Of a DNA stretch of 64,000 nucleotides, positions 50,288 through 60,176 are shown piece by piece. This DNA is from Dysgonamonadaceae bacterium (lineage in GTDB: Bacteria > Bacteroidota > Bacteroidia > Bacteroidales > Azobacteroidaceae), in assembly GCA_031275735.1 (NCBI GenBank), contig JAISOJ010000077.1:17254-81253 (forward strand). The letters are read 5' to 3'. Under the pieces are notes generated by a model. That model was not told the origin of the DNA and did no database searches. It saw only the letters and a list, made by a program, of their open reading frames with translations. Made by a program: the position numbers and the translations under genes. Within the stretch, counting starts at the first letter, position 1, and each line of letters begins with the position of its first letter.

Positions 50288-51922
50288 ATGTTGACATTTA
50301 ATAAAAATACAGCTATCTTGTTCATCGTGTTGAATAAGGCTGAAATAACAGAAAAAGTTTTTCGAGAAATAAAGGCCATACAGCCAAAAAAGTTGTATAT
50401 TGCCATAGATGAAACGTTAATGATTACGGGAGAAGAAGGAGGTCAACAGTCTTATCTTGACATACTTTCAATGATAGAATGGCCTTGTAAAGTTCACTCT
50501 TTTACAGGCAAAGGTGAAAAAACAAGAGTAAAAAGAGAAGAACAATATATTTCATGGTTTTTTGACCATGAAGAAGAGGGAATTATATTGAAAGATTCCT
50601 ATCTGCCTTCCCAGAGTTTTTGGGGATTTTGCTCTTCGTTACTAGAGAAATATCGAGATGATAAACGAATAGGGTTTATTAATGGCGAAAATTGCCAAAA
50701 CAGCGTCAAGCGTGGAGATGCGAGTTATTATTTTTCATCTCTTGCCCTTACACTTGGCTGGGCTTGTTGGAAAAGAACGTGGGAGAGCTGCAAAGCAAGT
50801 ATAAAACTATTTCCTGTTTTTGAAAAATTAGAATGTTTGGATAAAATTCCCTCCTGCAAGCCATTCAAAAAACAATGGACGAGAAGCTTGAGAACGGCTT
50901 ATTATGCCAATAAGGATTTTTGGAATTTACAATTGATATTTGATAGCTTTATTAATAACCGATTGTGTATCATCCCCAATGTAAACTTACTCCTTGATAT
51001 GAGTAATCAAACAAAAGATAAAGTCCTTTCTGAAAATGAAATTTTGGGAGAAATAGACAACCTTATTCATTCGGAAATTATTTTGCCGGATATTGAAGCG
51101 GATATTTATACTCAATCCGTGAAATTCAGAATACCTATGCCAATGAAAGAAACCAAAGAACCGATTGAAAGTGTCTTTTTGAAGAATAAATTATTGAATT
51201 TAACAGAAGACATGGCTTCATTCATGAAGATTCCGCGCATTATACATCAAATATATGAAGATCTTGCAGGTCCGCCTGAGCAACTACAAAGGATAGCGAA
51301 AAGCTGGAAAAAAAATCATCCTGAATGGGAATATAAATTTTGGAATAAGCATTCTATTGAAAAATTTTTAAATACAGAGTTTCCGGAATTTGTTTCTTAT
51401 TATCAAAATTTTCCTTTCAATGTACAACGGTGGGATGCGATTCGTTATCTAATTCTTTATAAATATGGTGGAGTTTATGCTGACATGGATTATGAATGTA
51501 TAGATCCATTGGATACTCTTCTGGGAGATTCGACTTGCTGTATGGGAATGGAACCTTCTGAAAATGCCATAACTCATAATAAACACATGATTATTGGTAA
51601 TGCCTTAATGGCATCAGTGCCGGGACATAATTATTTCAAAAGAATAATTGAGGATATGATGAGAGAAAAAATGAATCTTCCGGATCATAAAGCTTCAATA
51701 ATTATGGAGACTACAGGACCATTTATGACGACTCGGGTATATGATGAATATCCGGATAAATCGGACATAACACTTTTACCCGCAGAATTAATTGCTCCTC
51801 TTACTTTGGATGAAGTACAGGAAGTGATAAAAGGAAGAGAAACGAAAGAAATAGAAAATAAAATTGAATTGGCATTTGCTATTCATTATTTTTTTGGTTC
51901 ATGGGTACCACAAACAAAGTAG
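50288..51922 (+). CDS. Two-domain glycosyltransferase (GT-A N-domain, degenerate; GT32-like DXD C-domain)
   Basis: N-domain EEGIILKDSYLP; C-domain KIPRIIHQ, RWDAIRYLILYKYGGVYADMD, TTGP. Confidence 0.85.
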   Translation: MLTFNKNTAILFIVLNKAEITEKVFREIKAIQPKKLYIAIDETLMITGEEGGQQSYLDILSMIEWPCKVHSFTGKGEKTRVKREEQYISWFFDHEEEGIILKDSYLPSQSFWGFCSSLLEKYRDDKRIGFINGENCQNSVKRGDASYYFSSLALTLGWACWKRTWESCKASIKLFPVFEKLECLDKIPSCKPFKKQWTRSLRTAYYANKDFWNLQLIFDSFINNRLCIIPNVNLLLDMSNQTKDKVLSENEILGEIDNLIHSEIILPDIEADIYTQSVKFRIPMPMKETKEPIESVFLKNKLLNLTEDMASFMKIPRIIHQIYEDLAGPPEQLQRIAKSWKKNHPEWEYKFWNKHSIEKFLNTEFPEFVSYYQNFPFNVQRWDAIRYLILYKYGGVYADMDYECIDPLDTLLGDSTCCMGMEPSENAITHNKHMIIGNALMASVPGHNYFKRIIEDMMREKMNLPDHKASIIMETTGPFMTTRVYDEYPDKSDITLLPAELIAPLTLDEVQEVIKGRETKEIENKIELAFAIHYFFGSWVPQTK

Positions 51923-51932
51923 ATAATAATAT

Positions 51933-52640
51933 ATGAAATCAATAATATCAAAATACGAAAATGCAAATCTTAATCATTTGGTACAACATTTGATATTAAA
52001 TACAAGCTATATAACTAATTTGGGGTTGTACCATGGAAAAATGGGTGTTGTTTTGTTCTTTTACCATTATTCCGACCATATAGGAGATTCATTATACAAT
52101 GATTTTGCTGGAGAGTTACTTGATGAAATCTACGACGAACTTCATGTTAATATTCCACTTGATTTTGAGAATGGATTATGCGGGATTGGTTGGAGTATAG
52201 AATACCTGATTCAGCGAGGATATATACAAGGCAATTCCGACGAAATTCTTTCCGATATTGATACTCGTATTATGGAATGGGACCCCAAACGGATAATCAA
52301 TTCAAGTTTTAGAACAGGTTTAGGCGGGATAGTATATTATGTCTTGACAAGACTTACTGCCTCCAATAAAAAAAAGCGAATAAAACCTTTTGATGAGGCG
52401 TATTGTTTAGACTTATGGAGAACTGTAAGAAAAAAGATGGAAAAAGAAGAAGAAGATATGGGATGTAACTATTTATTACAACAATATTTTAACTATAACT
52501 ACAATGAAAGATTGGCTTTGAATACGAGTCCGTTTTTTAACATTATTAATTCCAATACAATTAGCTTTGAACAAAAAAATGCAGCACTGGGTCTTGAAGG
52601 CGGATGTGCCGGCATTGGACTTAAGATGATTTCAAAATGA
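51933..52640 (+). CDS. LanC-like (lanthionine synthetase C-like) protein, short
   Basis: GLYHGKMGVVLFFYHY, FENGLCGIGWSIEYL, GLEGGCAGIG repeats. Confidence 0.75.
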   Translation: MKSIISKYENANLNHLVQHLILNTSYITNLGLYHGKMGVVLFFYHYSDHIGDSLYNDFAGELLDEIYDELHVNIPLDFENGLCGIGWSIEYLIQRGYIQGNSDEILSDIDTRIMEWDPKRIINSSFRTGLGGIVYYVLTRLTASNKKKRIKPFDEAYCLDLWRTVRKKMEKEEEDMGCNYLLQQYFNYNYNERLALNTSPFFNIINSNTISFEQKNAALGLEGGCAGIGLKMISK

Positions 52641-53875
52641 TACAGTTATGTCTATTCAATATGAAATATTCGGCTTCCAATTATGGTGTTGGAACTTATT
52701 TCCGCTCAATAATAGATTCATTAAAAGAGAGCAGTCAAATAAAACTAAATATCATTGAATTAGGAATGACGAGTACGCAAGAAGTCATAATTGAAGAAAA
52801 AGAAGGAATAAAATTCATTAAAATTCCTGGATCAACTAAAAGATTAAATGATAAAAAATACAGTCGAAACGTACTATATATACTTAAATCATATATTCTT
52901 GAAAAAGAATGTCATAAAATTTTATTCCATCTCAATTTTATGAATAATGCATATTTAGCTGAATGTATAAGACAATTGTACCCTAGTAGTAAAATTATAT
53001 TAACGGTACATTATACCGAATGGATTTTTCAGTTTTTAGGGGATATGAATCGCATTAAAAATGTGATAAAAAGAAAAAACTCCGAAACGCTGAGTATTGA
53101 AGAAAAAAAGGCACTCAAAGACTTTGAATTTGAAAAAAAATTGATAAATAATTGTGATCGAATCATTGCTATAGCTTCTCATTCATCAAGAAAATTACAA
53201 TCTTTATACGGGGTTAAACAATCAAAGATAACACTTATATCAAATGGATTACAAGATAGATATATACAATTTTCAGATAAAGCAAAACGTGAGATTAAAA
53301 AACAATACAAGATAGCCTCAAAAGAAAAAATAATCCTATATGTGGGTCGTTTAAGCGAGGAAAAAGGAGGGCATATTTTAGTAAAAGCATTTAATAATTT
53401 ATTGGATAGGTATGATAACCTACGACTTTTCATTGCAGGAAATGGCGATTTCAATGCTTTTTTCTCGCAGATGAAATCAATAAATTCCCGAATAACACTA
53501 ACTGGCTTTTTAGCGAAAGAAGACGTATTTAAATTATACAGTATAGCTGATATTGGAATTGTACCATCTTTTCATGAAGAATTTGGTTATGTTGCAGTTG
53601 AAATGATGATGCATCAATTACCAATAATTGTTAATAACACTTCTGGGTTATCAGAAATTGTTACTAATGGTTTTAATGGGTTATATGTAAATTTCAATAC
53701 TAAAACTGAAGAAACTTCAACTATTCTACAATTGGCTCAAGCAATTGAACAGCTATTAGCTGATCAAAAATTAAAAGAATATTTAGCGATAAATGCACGC
53801 AAAACGTTTTTGGAGAAATACGATTTGAAATTATTTTCCAAACGTATGGCAAATTTTTATTTAAATACTATTTAA
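52637..53875 (+). CDS. GT4 glycosyltransferase (similar to the type found in GG-Bacteroidales peptide systems)
   Basis: ASNYGVGTY, YVGRLSEEKG, PSFHEEFGYVAVEMMMHQLPII. Confidence 0.85.
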   Translation: MIQLCLFNMKYSASNYGVGTYFRSIIDSLKESSQIKLNIIELGMTSTQEVIIEEKEGIKFIKIPGSTKRLNDKKYSRNVLYILKSYILEKECHKILFHLNFMNNAYLAECIRQLYPSSKIILTVHYTEWIFQFLGDMNRIKNVIKRKNSETLSIEEKKALKDFEFEKKLINNCDRIIAIASHSSRKLQSLYGVKQSKITLISNGLQDRYIQFSDKAKREIKKQYKIASKEKIILYVGRLSEEKGGHILVKAFNNLLDRYDNLRLFIAGNGDFNAFFSQMKSINSRITLTGFLAKEDVFKLYSIADIGIVPSFHEEFGYVAVEMMMHQLPIIVNNTSGLSEIVTNGFNGLYVNFNTKTEETSTILQLAQAIEQLLADQKLKEYLAINARKTFLEKYDLKLFSKRMANFYLNTI

Positions 53876-53890
53876 AATAATGATAGATCT

Positions 53891-54556
53891 ATGAATTATG
53901 TAAAAAAAATATCTTTGTCTTCTCCAGGAATTAGAATTTCTTATGGAATAACTGTTTACAATGAACATAAAGAATTAGAACAGTTATTAAAGATTATAAT
54001 TCAATTTATTGATCCGGAGGATGAAATTATTATACTGTCGGACTGGGAAAAAATAACGAAAGAGGTTTTACAAATAATCAATAAATATAATAAAATTATA
54101 AAACATATCTCATATCCGCTTAATAATGATTTTGGAAATTTTAAAAACAATTTTTTGAAATGTGCATTAGGTGATTATTTATTTCAAATTGATGCAGATG
54201 AAATACCCAATGAAAAATTATTGCAAAGGATAAAAAGAATTCTCTATCTATATGAAGATGTTGATTGCGTTATGATTCCCAGAATTAATTTTATAGAAGA
54301 AATGAGTGAGGACTATATCCAAAAGTGGAATTGGTCGATTGATGAAAAGAAACGAATCAATTATCCTGATTTGCAGATGAGATTATTCAAGATAAATAAA
54401 GAAATTAAGTGGAAAGGAAACGTTCATGAAACATTAATCAATTGTACGAATCATGTCATTTTACCTTATGCAGATACAGAAAATTACTGTTTGTATCATT
54501 TGAAAACTTTTAAAAAACAACAGAAACAAAATAATTATTACAATTCTATTTTTTAA
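53891..54556 (+). CDS. GT2-family glycosyltransferase
   Basis: ITVYNE, DFGNFKN, FQIDADE, YPDLQMRLF, WKGNVHE. Confidence 0.85.
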   Translation: MNYVKKISLSSPGIRISYGITVYNEHKELEQLLKIIIQFIDPEDEIIILSDWEKITKEVLQIINKYNKIIKHISYPLNNDFGNFKNNFLKCALGDYLFQIDADEIPNEKLLQRIKRILYLYEDVDCVMIPRINFIEEMSEDYIQKWNWSIDEKKRINYPDLQMRLFKINKEIKWKGNVHETLINCTNHVILPYADTENYCLYHLKTFKKQQKQNNYYNSIF

Positions 54557-54574
54557 ATAAAAACATTTTACATT

Positions 54575-56227
54575 ATGCTGACTTATAACACGAATACAGC
54601 TATACTATTGCTCATATTTAATCGATTAGATACAACGCAAAAAGTTTTTGAAAAGATAAGGAGCGCTAAACCTAAAAGACTTTATGTTGCAGCAGATGGT
54701 CCTCGAGATGCAGACGAAGCGCAAAAATGCGAAATAGTTAGAAATACGATCATCAATCAAATTGATTGGGAGTGTTCTCTTAAAACTCTTTTTCGTGATA
54801 AAAATTGGGGATGTCGAGAAGGAGTTACTCAGGCAATAAGTTGGTTTTTCGAGAATGAAATAGAAGGAATTATTCTTGAAGATGATTGTCTTCCTTCTGA
54901 TAGTTTCTTTGGTTTTTGTTCACAATTACTTGAGAAATATCGTTATGATGAGCGGATAGGTCATATTTCGGGAAGCAATGATCAGTGTGGAAATAAACGT
55001 GGAGATGGAACTTATTATTTTTCAGCGTTGACAGGTGTATGGGGATGGGCAGGATGGCGAAGAGTATGGAAAGACTATGATATTGAAATGAAATCATATC
55101 CTTTATTCGAGCAGTTTAATTATTTGGAAAAAATGCCAAGTCATGCACCTTTTTGGGCATATTGGAGACATAAATTCAAGACACACTATGAAAATAAAAG
55201 TTTTAATTCTTGGGACTTTCAATATGCTTATCTTAATTTAATAAATAATCGTTTGTGTATAAATCCTAATGTTAATCTTACCAGTAATATTGGGTGTTCC
55301 AGCGCTGAAGCAGCTCATTCCGATCCTAATAATCCTGCCTCAAATAGAAAATTGGAAGAGCTTGATGAAATGAGGCATCCTACATTTATTATACCGGATA
55401 TAATTGCTGATATAAACGCTCAAAATTTTGAATTTACTTTGCCTGTCTTAAAAAGTAGTTCATTTGACAGTATATTGTTTCTTGAAGAAAGGTTAGTTGA
55501 AGCTACAAAAAAAATTCACAAATATTCCGGCATTATTAAAATACCTAAAATTATTCATCAAATATGGATAAATGAAAATGAACTCCCGGAGGCAATTAGT
55601 GAAATGGCTAAAACATGGATAGTAAATCATCCTGATTGGGAGTATAGATTATGGGATAAAAGGGCAATAAAGGCTTTATTAATAAACGAATTTCCGGAAT
55701 ATCTTCCCTGTTACGAATCTTTTAAATATGACATGCAGCGTTGGCATTCAGCTAAATATTTTATTTTGCTCCATTTGGGAGGTTTATATGTAGATGTACA
55801 TTCTGAATGCCTTGCTCCAATAGATTTATTATTGGGTAATGCTTCATGTTGTATGGGTATGGAGCCTGAATCCGAAACTATGGAATATAATAAGCAAAAA
55901 GTTATAGGAAATGCATTTATGGCATGTGTTCCCGGACATGCTTATTTAAAAATGATCGTTGAGGATATAAGAGTCAATTTTCATAAGAAATTTTCGGCAA
56001 TACCATTTTTCCAAATAATGGAAAGTACAGGCTCTTTTTTAACTACTCGAGTGTATGGACAATATGGCGAAAAAGATGACATAACGCTAATCCCTGCTGA
56101 ATTAGTAACTCCTTTAACTTTACAAGAGATTAAAATGATTTTGCATAGAGAGGTGACGCAAGAAATTGAAAAAAAAGTAGAAAAAGCCTTTGTTATTCAT
56201 TATTATATGCGAGCACGGAAAGTTTAG
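54575..56227 (+). CDS. Two-domain glycosyltransferase paralog (GT-A N-domain intact; GT32-like C-domain with DXD changed to DVH)
   Basis: IFNRLD, ADGPR, GIILEDDCLP, WGWAGW, SWDFQ; C-domain KIPKIIHQ...GGLYVDVHSEC. Confidence 0.85.
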   Translation: MLTYNTNTAILLLIFNRLDTTQKVFEKIRSAKPKRLYVAADGPRDADEAQKCEIVRNTIINQIDWECSLKTLFRDKNWGCREGVTQAISWFFENEIEGIILEDDCLPSDSFFGFCSQLLEKYRYDERIGHISGSNDQCGNKRGDGTYYFSALTGVWGWAGWRRVWKDYDIEMKSYPLFEQFNYLEKMPSHAPFWAYWRHKFKTHYENKSFNSWDFQYAYLNLINNRLCINPNVNLTSNIGCSSAEAAHSDPNNPASNRKLEELDEMRHPTFIIPDIIADINAQNFEFTLPVLKSSSFDSILFLEERLVEATKKIHKYSGIIKIPKIIHQIWINENELPEAISEMAKTWIVNHPDWEYRLWDKRAIKALLINEFPEYLPCYESFKYDMQRWHSAKYFILLHLGGLYVDVHSECLAPIDLLLGNASCCMGMEPESETMEYNKQKVIGNAFMACVPGHAYLKMIVEDIRVNFHKKFSAIPFFQIMESTGSFLTTRVYGQYGEKDDITLIPAELVTPLTLQEIKMILHREVTQEIEKKVEKAFVIHYYMRARKV

Positions 56228-56291
56228 TTAAAATGTATCTATGCGAATAGGATATCGTATTAAAAAATTGTAAATTGCAAAAAGAAGTGAT

Positions 56292-56874
56292 ATGAAATTC
56301 CCATTTTACATGCAATTAGATGGTATGGATTGCGGACCATCTTGTCTGCGAATGATTGCAAAGCATTTCGGAAGAAGTTTTTCTATACAGCAATTGCGTG
56401 AAAAATCGTATATACTCAACACCGGCGTAAACCTGTTGGGACTGAGCGAGGCAGCAGAAAGCATAGGACTTCGATCGATTTGTGTTCGCACTTCCATGCA
56501 AAAGTTGAAAGATCAAGCGAAATTTCCCTGTATCATACACTGGAATCAGAATCATTTCGTTGTATTATACCAGATAACTAGAAAAAAAATAAATGGTTTT
56601 ATCATATTGCAGATCCTGCTTATGGTTTGTTGAAATACGAAGAACAGGAATTTAAAAACTGTTGGATTAGTACAGTTAGAAATAATACAGAAAAAGGTGT
56701 TGCCATGTTCCTAGAGCCTACACCTCAATTCTATGAAGCGGAGGCAATCAAATATGAAAAAATGTCCATGCTTTGAATACCAACAACGAGCGTGTCATTC
56801 AAGAAAACATGAACCGATTCTTTGCCGGTAGGATAGTAGTCATTGTTTCCCATCGTTTAAGTACTAACGCGTAA
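56292..56874 (+). pseudogene. Second PCAT, frameshifted and internally deleted
   Basis: QLDGMDCGPSCL...IIHWNQNHF; frameshift at the A-run ~56582; continues IADPAYGLL...LEPTPQFYE; then jumps to the ABC end NNERVIQENMNRFFAGRIVVIVSHRLST. Confidence 0.9.
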
Positions 56875-56924
56875 TGTATAATTTTGCCTTTATTCCAAAT
56901 TTTTTCTCTAAATATAGCAAATAC

Positions 56925-57039
56925 CCATTAAAATATTCTTAAAATTCTATTAAAATCAAATTAATTTTGAAATTAATGAAATTTTAATCTGAAATTAATG
57001 AAATTTTAAGGATATTTTAATGGTGTAAATGTAATTTTG
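56925..57039. promoter_or_regulatory. AT-rich repeat-structured regulatory region with a -7 box
   Basis: 22-bp inverted repeat 56925-46/57002-23 (1 mismatch); 19-bp direct repeat GAAATTAATGAAATTTTAA at 56969 and 56991; TAATTTTG 57032-39. Confidence 0.55.
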
Positions 57040-57074
57040 TACCCCAATTTATTTGTTAAATTTAAATAAAAGTC

Positions 57075-57374
57075 ATGATAAAAAAATTTTCTATTCTTCT
57101 TATTTTTATTTTTTCTTTATCCTGTTCGGAGCAAGGGCAGAATTATACGAAAGCCGTTAATCTTTTTATTGGTACGGGAGGTCATGGGCACACTTATCCC
57201 GGCGCCGCTCTTCCTCGCGGAACGGGGATTGGCGATTTGGGCGACGTCCTCTTTTTGCTTTATATTTTTCCTCAATCGGATGCCCCCGGTTTATTTATCG
57301 ATCTATCGCGTACCATTAGTAGAGTTTTACTTCAATCCGAAATAAATGTAATTAGCGATTATGAAATACAATGA
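57075..57374 (+). pseudogene. GH92 alpha-mannosidase N-terminal remnant
   Basis: Lipoprotein signal, then VNLFIGTGGHGHTYPGAALP joined directly to GTGIGDLGDVLFL (internal deletion) and truncated. Confidence 0.8.
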
Positions 57375-59761
57375 TAAATGATATGAAACACTTAATTTTT
57401 TTAACAATTTTATTCGTTGCCATACCGGCAACAAGCGCATTTTCCCAGATAAAAGTAACGGGAAAAGTGGTCGACAACAAGAAGGAGCCGCTTGAATTTG
57501 CAAATATCGTAATTCACGCTGCCGACACGCTCTTCGGTACATACTCCGGTGACAATGGACTCTTTGAATTGCAGGCAGTTCCGGGAAATGATACCGTAAA
57601 AGTTTTTATGCTCGGTTACGAAACTTACGAAAAAGTAATCTTGCTCCAATCAAACGCCGATTTAGGTGAAATCCAATTGGAAAATATGCCTGTCGAAATG
57701 AAAGAAGTAGTTGTTACGGGACAGCGGATTACTCGGAGAGCCGACCGGTTTATTATGAATCTGGCCAATGACCCGACGGCTTTTGGGAAAGACGGCGTCA
57801 ACATTTTGAATACAGCGCCCGGCGTTTTTATTCAGGAACGTGACGGCTCGATTTCCGTCAACGGAAAAAGCGGAACCCGGGTGTATGTCAATGAACGTCC
57901 GCGGCACGAAACCGGAATGGATTTGCTTCGCTACCTTCAAAACCTGAAAGCCGAAGATATCGTTAAAATCGAAATACTACCTAATGCCGGAGCGGAATAC
58001 GATGCAAACGTAACAGGCGGAATCATTAAAATCACGTTGAAAAACCGCAGGGATGACGGAATAGACGGAAATGCAGGCGCTTCGTATTTTTTTTCACCGG
58101 AAGATAAAGACTTTTCCGGATTTTCGCCTTTTTATAATATGAACTACCGGTTTAACAAACTAAGCCTGTACACACAATTAAATTATAATATTCATCGTGC
58201 CATAGAACATATTGATGAAAAAGTGAATATGAAGACGGCTAACAGCAACCGGCAAAGTATTTTTACTAATCCTCAAAAAGTCAATAGAGGGCAAGCACGC
58301 ATAGGTGGATTTTATGATTTGAGCGACAAACAAAGCATAGGCTTGGAAGTCAACTATTCCGACATGAATATGAGAAACAGCAATTATGCAAACTTAACAG
58401 ACATAACAGACGGAAATCAAACGGATGTTGCAGGTAATTATTCCGGAAAAATGATGATAGATAATTATTCAATCTCAGCAAACTACCTGTTACGGTTGGA
58501 TTCCTTAGGTTCGATGTTTAAAATTCTTTTGGATTATTTTCACAACAAATTAGACTACAAACAAAATTTTAATGCGGAATACAGCGGATATATAAATCTC
58601 GATTCCATCTACCGCAACAATACTTTTACGAAAAACAACACGTATGCCGTAACCGCCGACTGGTCTCATCATTTCAACGAGACAAGCATGTTAAGCGCGG
58701 GAGTGAAGTATGCCCGTAATGAGATGAATAACAACATACTGTTTGAATATTTGCAGGGAGTAAACTGGAATGAAATCGATCCGTTTTCAAGTATCAATTC
58801 CTTTACGGAAAATATTTCCGCCATTTACGGACTGTTTTCTTCGAATATTTGGAAAATCAGTTATTCGTTGGGATTACGCGGTGAATATACACAGGCTTCA
58901 CCCCGAACAAACAAAACGGAAGAAACTAAAACGCAGCAGTATTTTGAACTGTTTCCTTCCATCAATGTATTGTTTCCATTAAATAAAGACGGAAAACATT
59001 CGCTTGTTGCAAGTTATAAACGCACCATACAGCGTCCAACATTTAACGACCTAAATCCGTATCGTTATCCGGGGTCGGAATATACCTTCCTCGAAGGGAA
59101 TCCGGATTTGCAGCCGGCTTTTACAAAAGACTATTCATTGGCCTTCAATTTATTTTACCGGTATAATATAATCGTAGGAACAACAGATACGAAAGGCGCT
59201 TTTAATAGGGTTACAACACTTGATCCGGCAACAAGCAGCATTATTATACATCCGGATAATGTTGCGAAAAATACCAATTTCTATTTAGCGCTCAATGGTC
59301 CCGTAAAACCGGTCGAGTGGTGGCAGATTTACTTAAACTTGAACGGAAGCAGGAATAAGCTTGAGATATTGGGGAAAACACGTACCATCAATGTTTTCAA
59401 CGGTTTTATGTCCAATACGTTTTACTTACCGAAAGAATACATGCTTGATTTAACGGGTAATTATTCTTCGCCTTTTCTGATGGGTAATACGAAAATGATC
59501 ATTGAGCCGCAAGTGAATATATCTCTGCGAAAACAGTTTTTTAACAAGCGGTTAACCGCAAATCTTTTTGTCAATAATCTGTTTAATTGGGCAACACAGC
59601 GAATTTCTGTCGATGAAACGGATTTTTATCAAGAAATGCGTGACCGGGCTAATTTCCGTGTATTGGGTTTATCATTGAGTTACAGTTTCCAATCCGGTAA
59701 AAAATCACAGGAAAAGAAAGTCGAAAGCGGCGCAAAAGAAGAAAAAGCAAGGTTGCAATAA
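57371..59761 (+). CDS. Outer-membrane beta-barrel / TonB-dependent-like receptor
   Basis: Same architecture as 44201-46597: IVKIEILPNAGAEYDA, GLRGEYT, EGNPDLQP, SLSYSF. Confidence 0.85.
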   Translation: MINDMKHLIFLTILFVAIPATSAFSQIKVTGKVVDNKKEPLEFANIVIHAADTLFGTYSGDNGLFELQAVPGNDTVKVFMLGYETYEKVILLQSNADLGEIQLENMPVEMKEVVVTGQRITRRADRFIMNLANDPTAFGKDGVNILNTAPGVFIQERDGSISVNGKSGTRVYVNERPRHETGMDLLRYLQNLKAEDIVKIEILPNAGAEYDANVTGGIIKITLKNRRDDGIDGNAGASYFFSPEDKDFSGFSPFYNMNYRFNKLSLYTQLNYNIHRAIEHIDEKVNMKTANSNRQSIFTNPQKVNRGQARIGGFYDLSDKQSIGLEVNYSDMNMRNSNYANLTDITDGNQTDVAGNYSGKMMIDNYSISANYLLRLDSLGSMFKILLDYFHNKLDYKQNFNAEYSGYINLDSIYRNNTFTKNNTYAVTADWSHHFNETSMLSAGVKYARNEMNNNILFEYLQGVNWNEIDPFSSINSFTENISAIYGLFSSNIWKISYSLGLRGEYTQASPRTNKTEETKTQQYFELFPSINVLFPLNKDGKHSLVASYKRTIQRPTFNDLNPYRYPGSEYTFLEGNPDLQPAFTKDYSLAFNLFYRYNIIVGTTDTKGAFNRVTTLDPATSSIIIHPDNVAKNTNFYLALNGPVKPVEWWQIYLNLNGSRNKLEILGKTRTINVFNGFMSNTFYLPKEYMLDLTGNYSSPFLMGNTKMIIEPQVNISLRKQFFNKRLTANLFVNNLFNWATQRISVDETDFYQEMRDRANFRVLGLSLSYSFQSGKKSQEKKVESGAKEEKARLQ

Positions 59762-59849
59762 AATTATTATGATTTTATTTGCCAAACAGGGATAAATCAT
59801 TAAAATAATTTGAAATAGGAAAGATACTGTAATCTTCCATAAAAAACGC

Positions 59850-59981
59850 GGGGGCTGTCTCAAAAGCCCCTTGTGGTGTGCTTGTCATTGCGGGCTTGAC
59901 ACGCAATCCCCTGAAAGACAATGCTCGTTTTTCGGGAGATCCCGCGTCAAGCGCGGGATGGCAGGCTTTTGAGACACCCTC
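59850..59981. mobile_element. MITE/REP composite element
   Basis: TIRs GGGGGCTGTCTCAAAAGCC / GGCTTTTGAGACACCCTC enclosing GTCATTGCGGGCTTGACACGCAATC and ATCCCGCGTCAAGCGCGGGATG palindromes. Confidence 0.75.
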
Positions 59982-60176
59982 TAATAACTTGAGTTTACTC
60001 TGATTAAAAAATATATAAAAAAATGACAATTTTTAGAATTAAGTATGTATCTTTGACGCAATAATTAGAAATACAAAATAATTGACATAAATACGCATTC
60101 TCTAGTACTTTTATTAGAATAAATACAATGTTATTGTAATAAAATATTATATAGAATTATTAAATTATTATCTTTT

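Noticed and set aside
51933-52640. Lanthipeptide cluster call
   Set aside because: No LanB, LanM or LanKC dehydratase, and the canonical LanC zinc motifs are not visible
59775-60029. 84-aa ORF
   Set aside because: It is a translation of the MITE/REP element (ACHPALDAGSP...LRVKPAMT)
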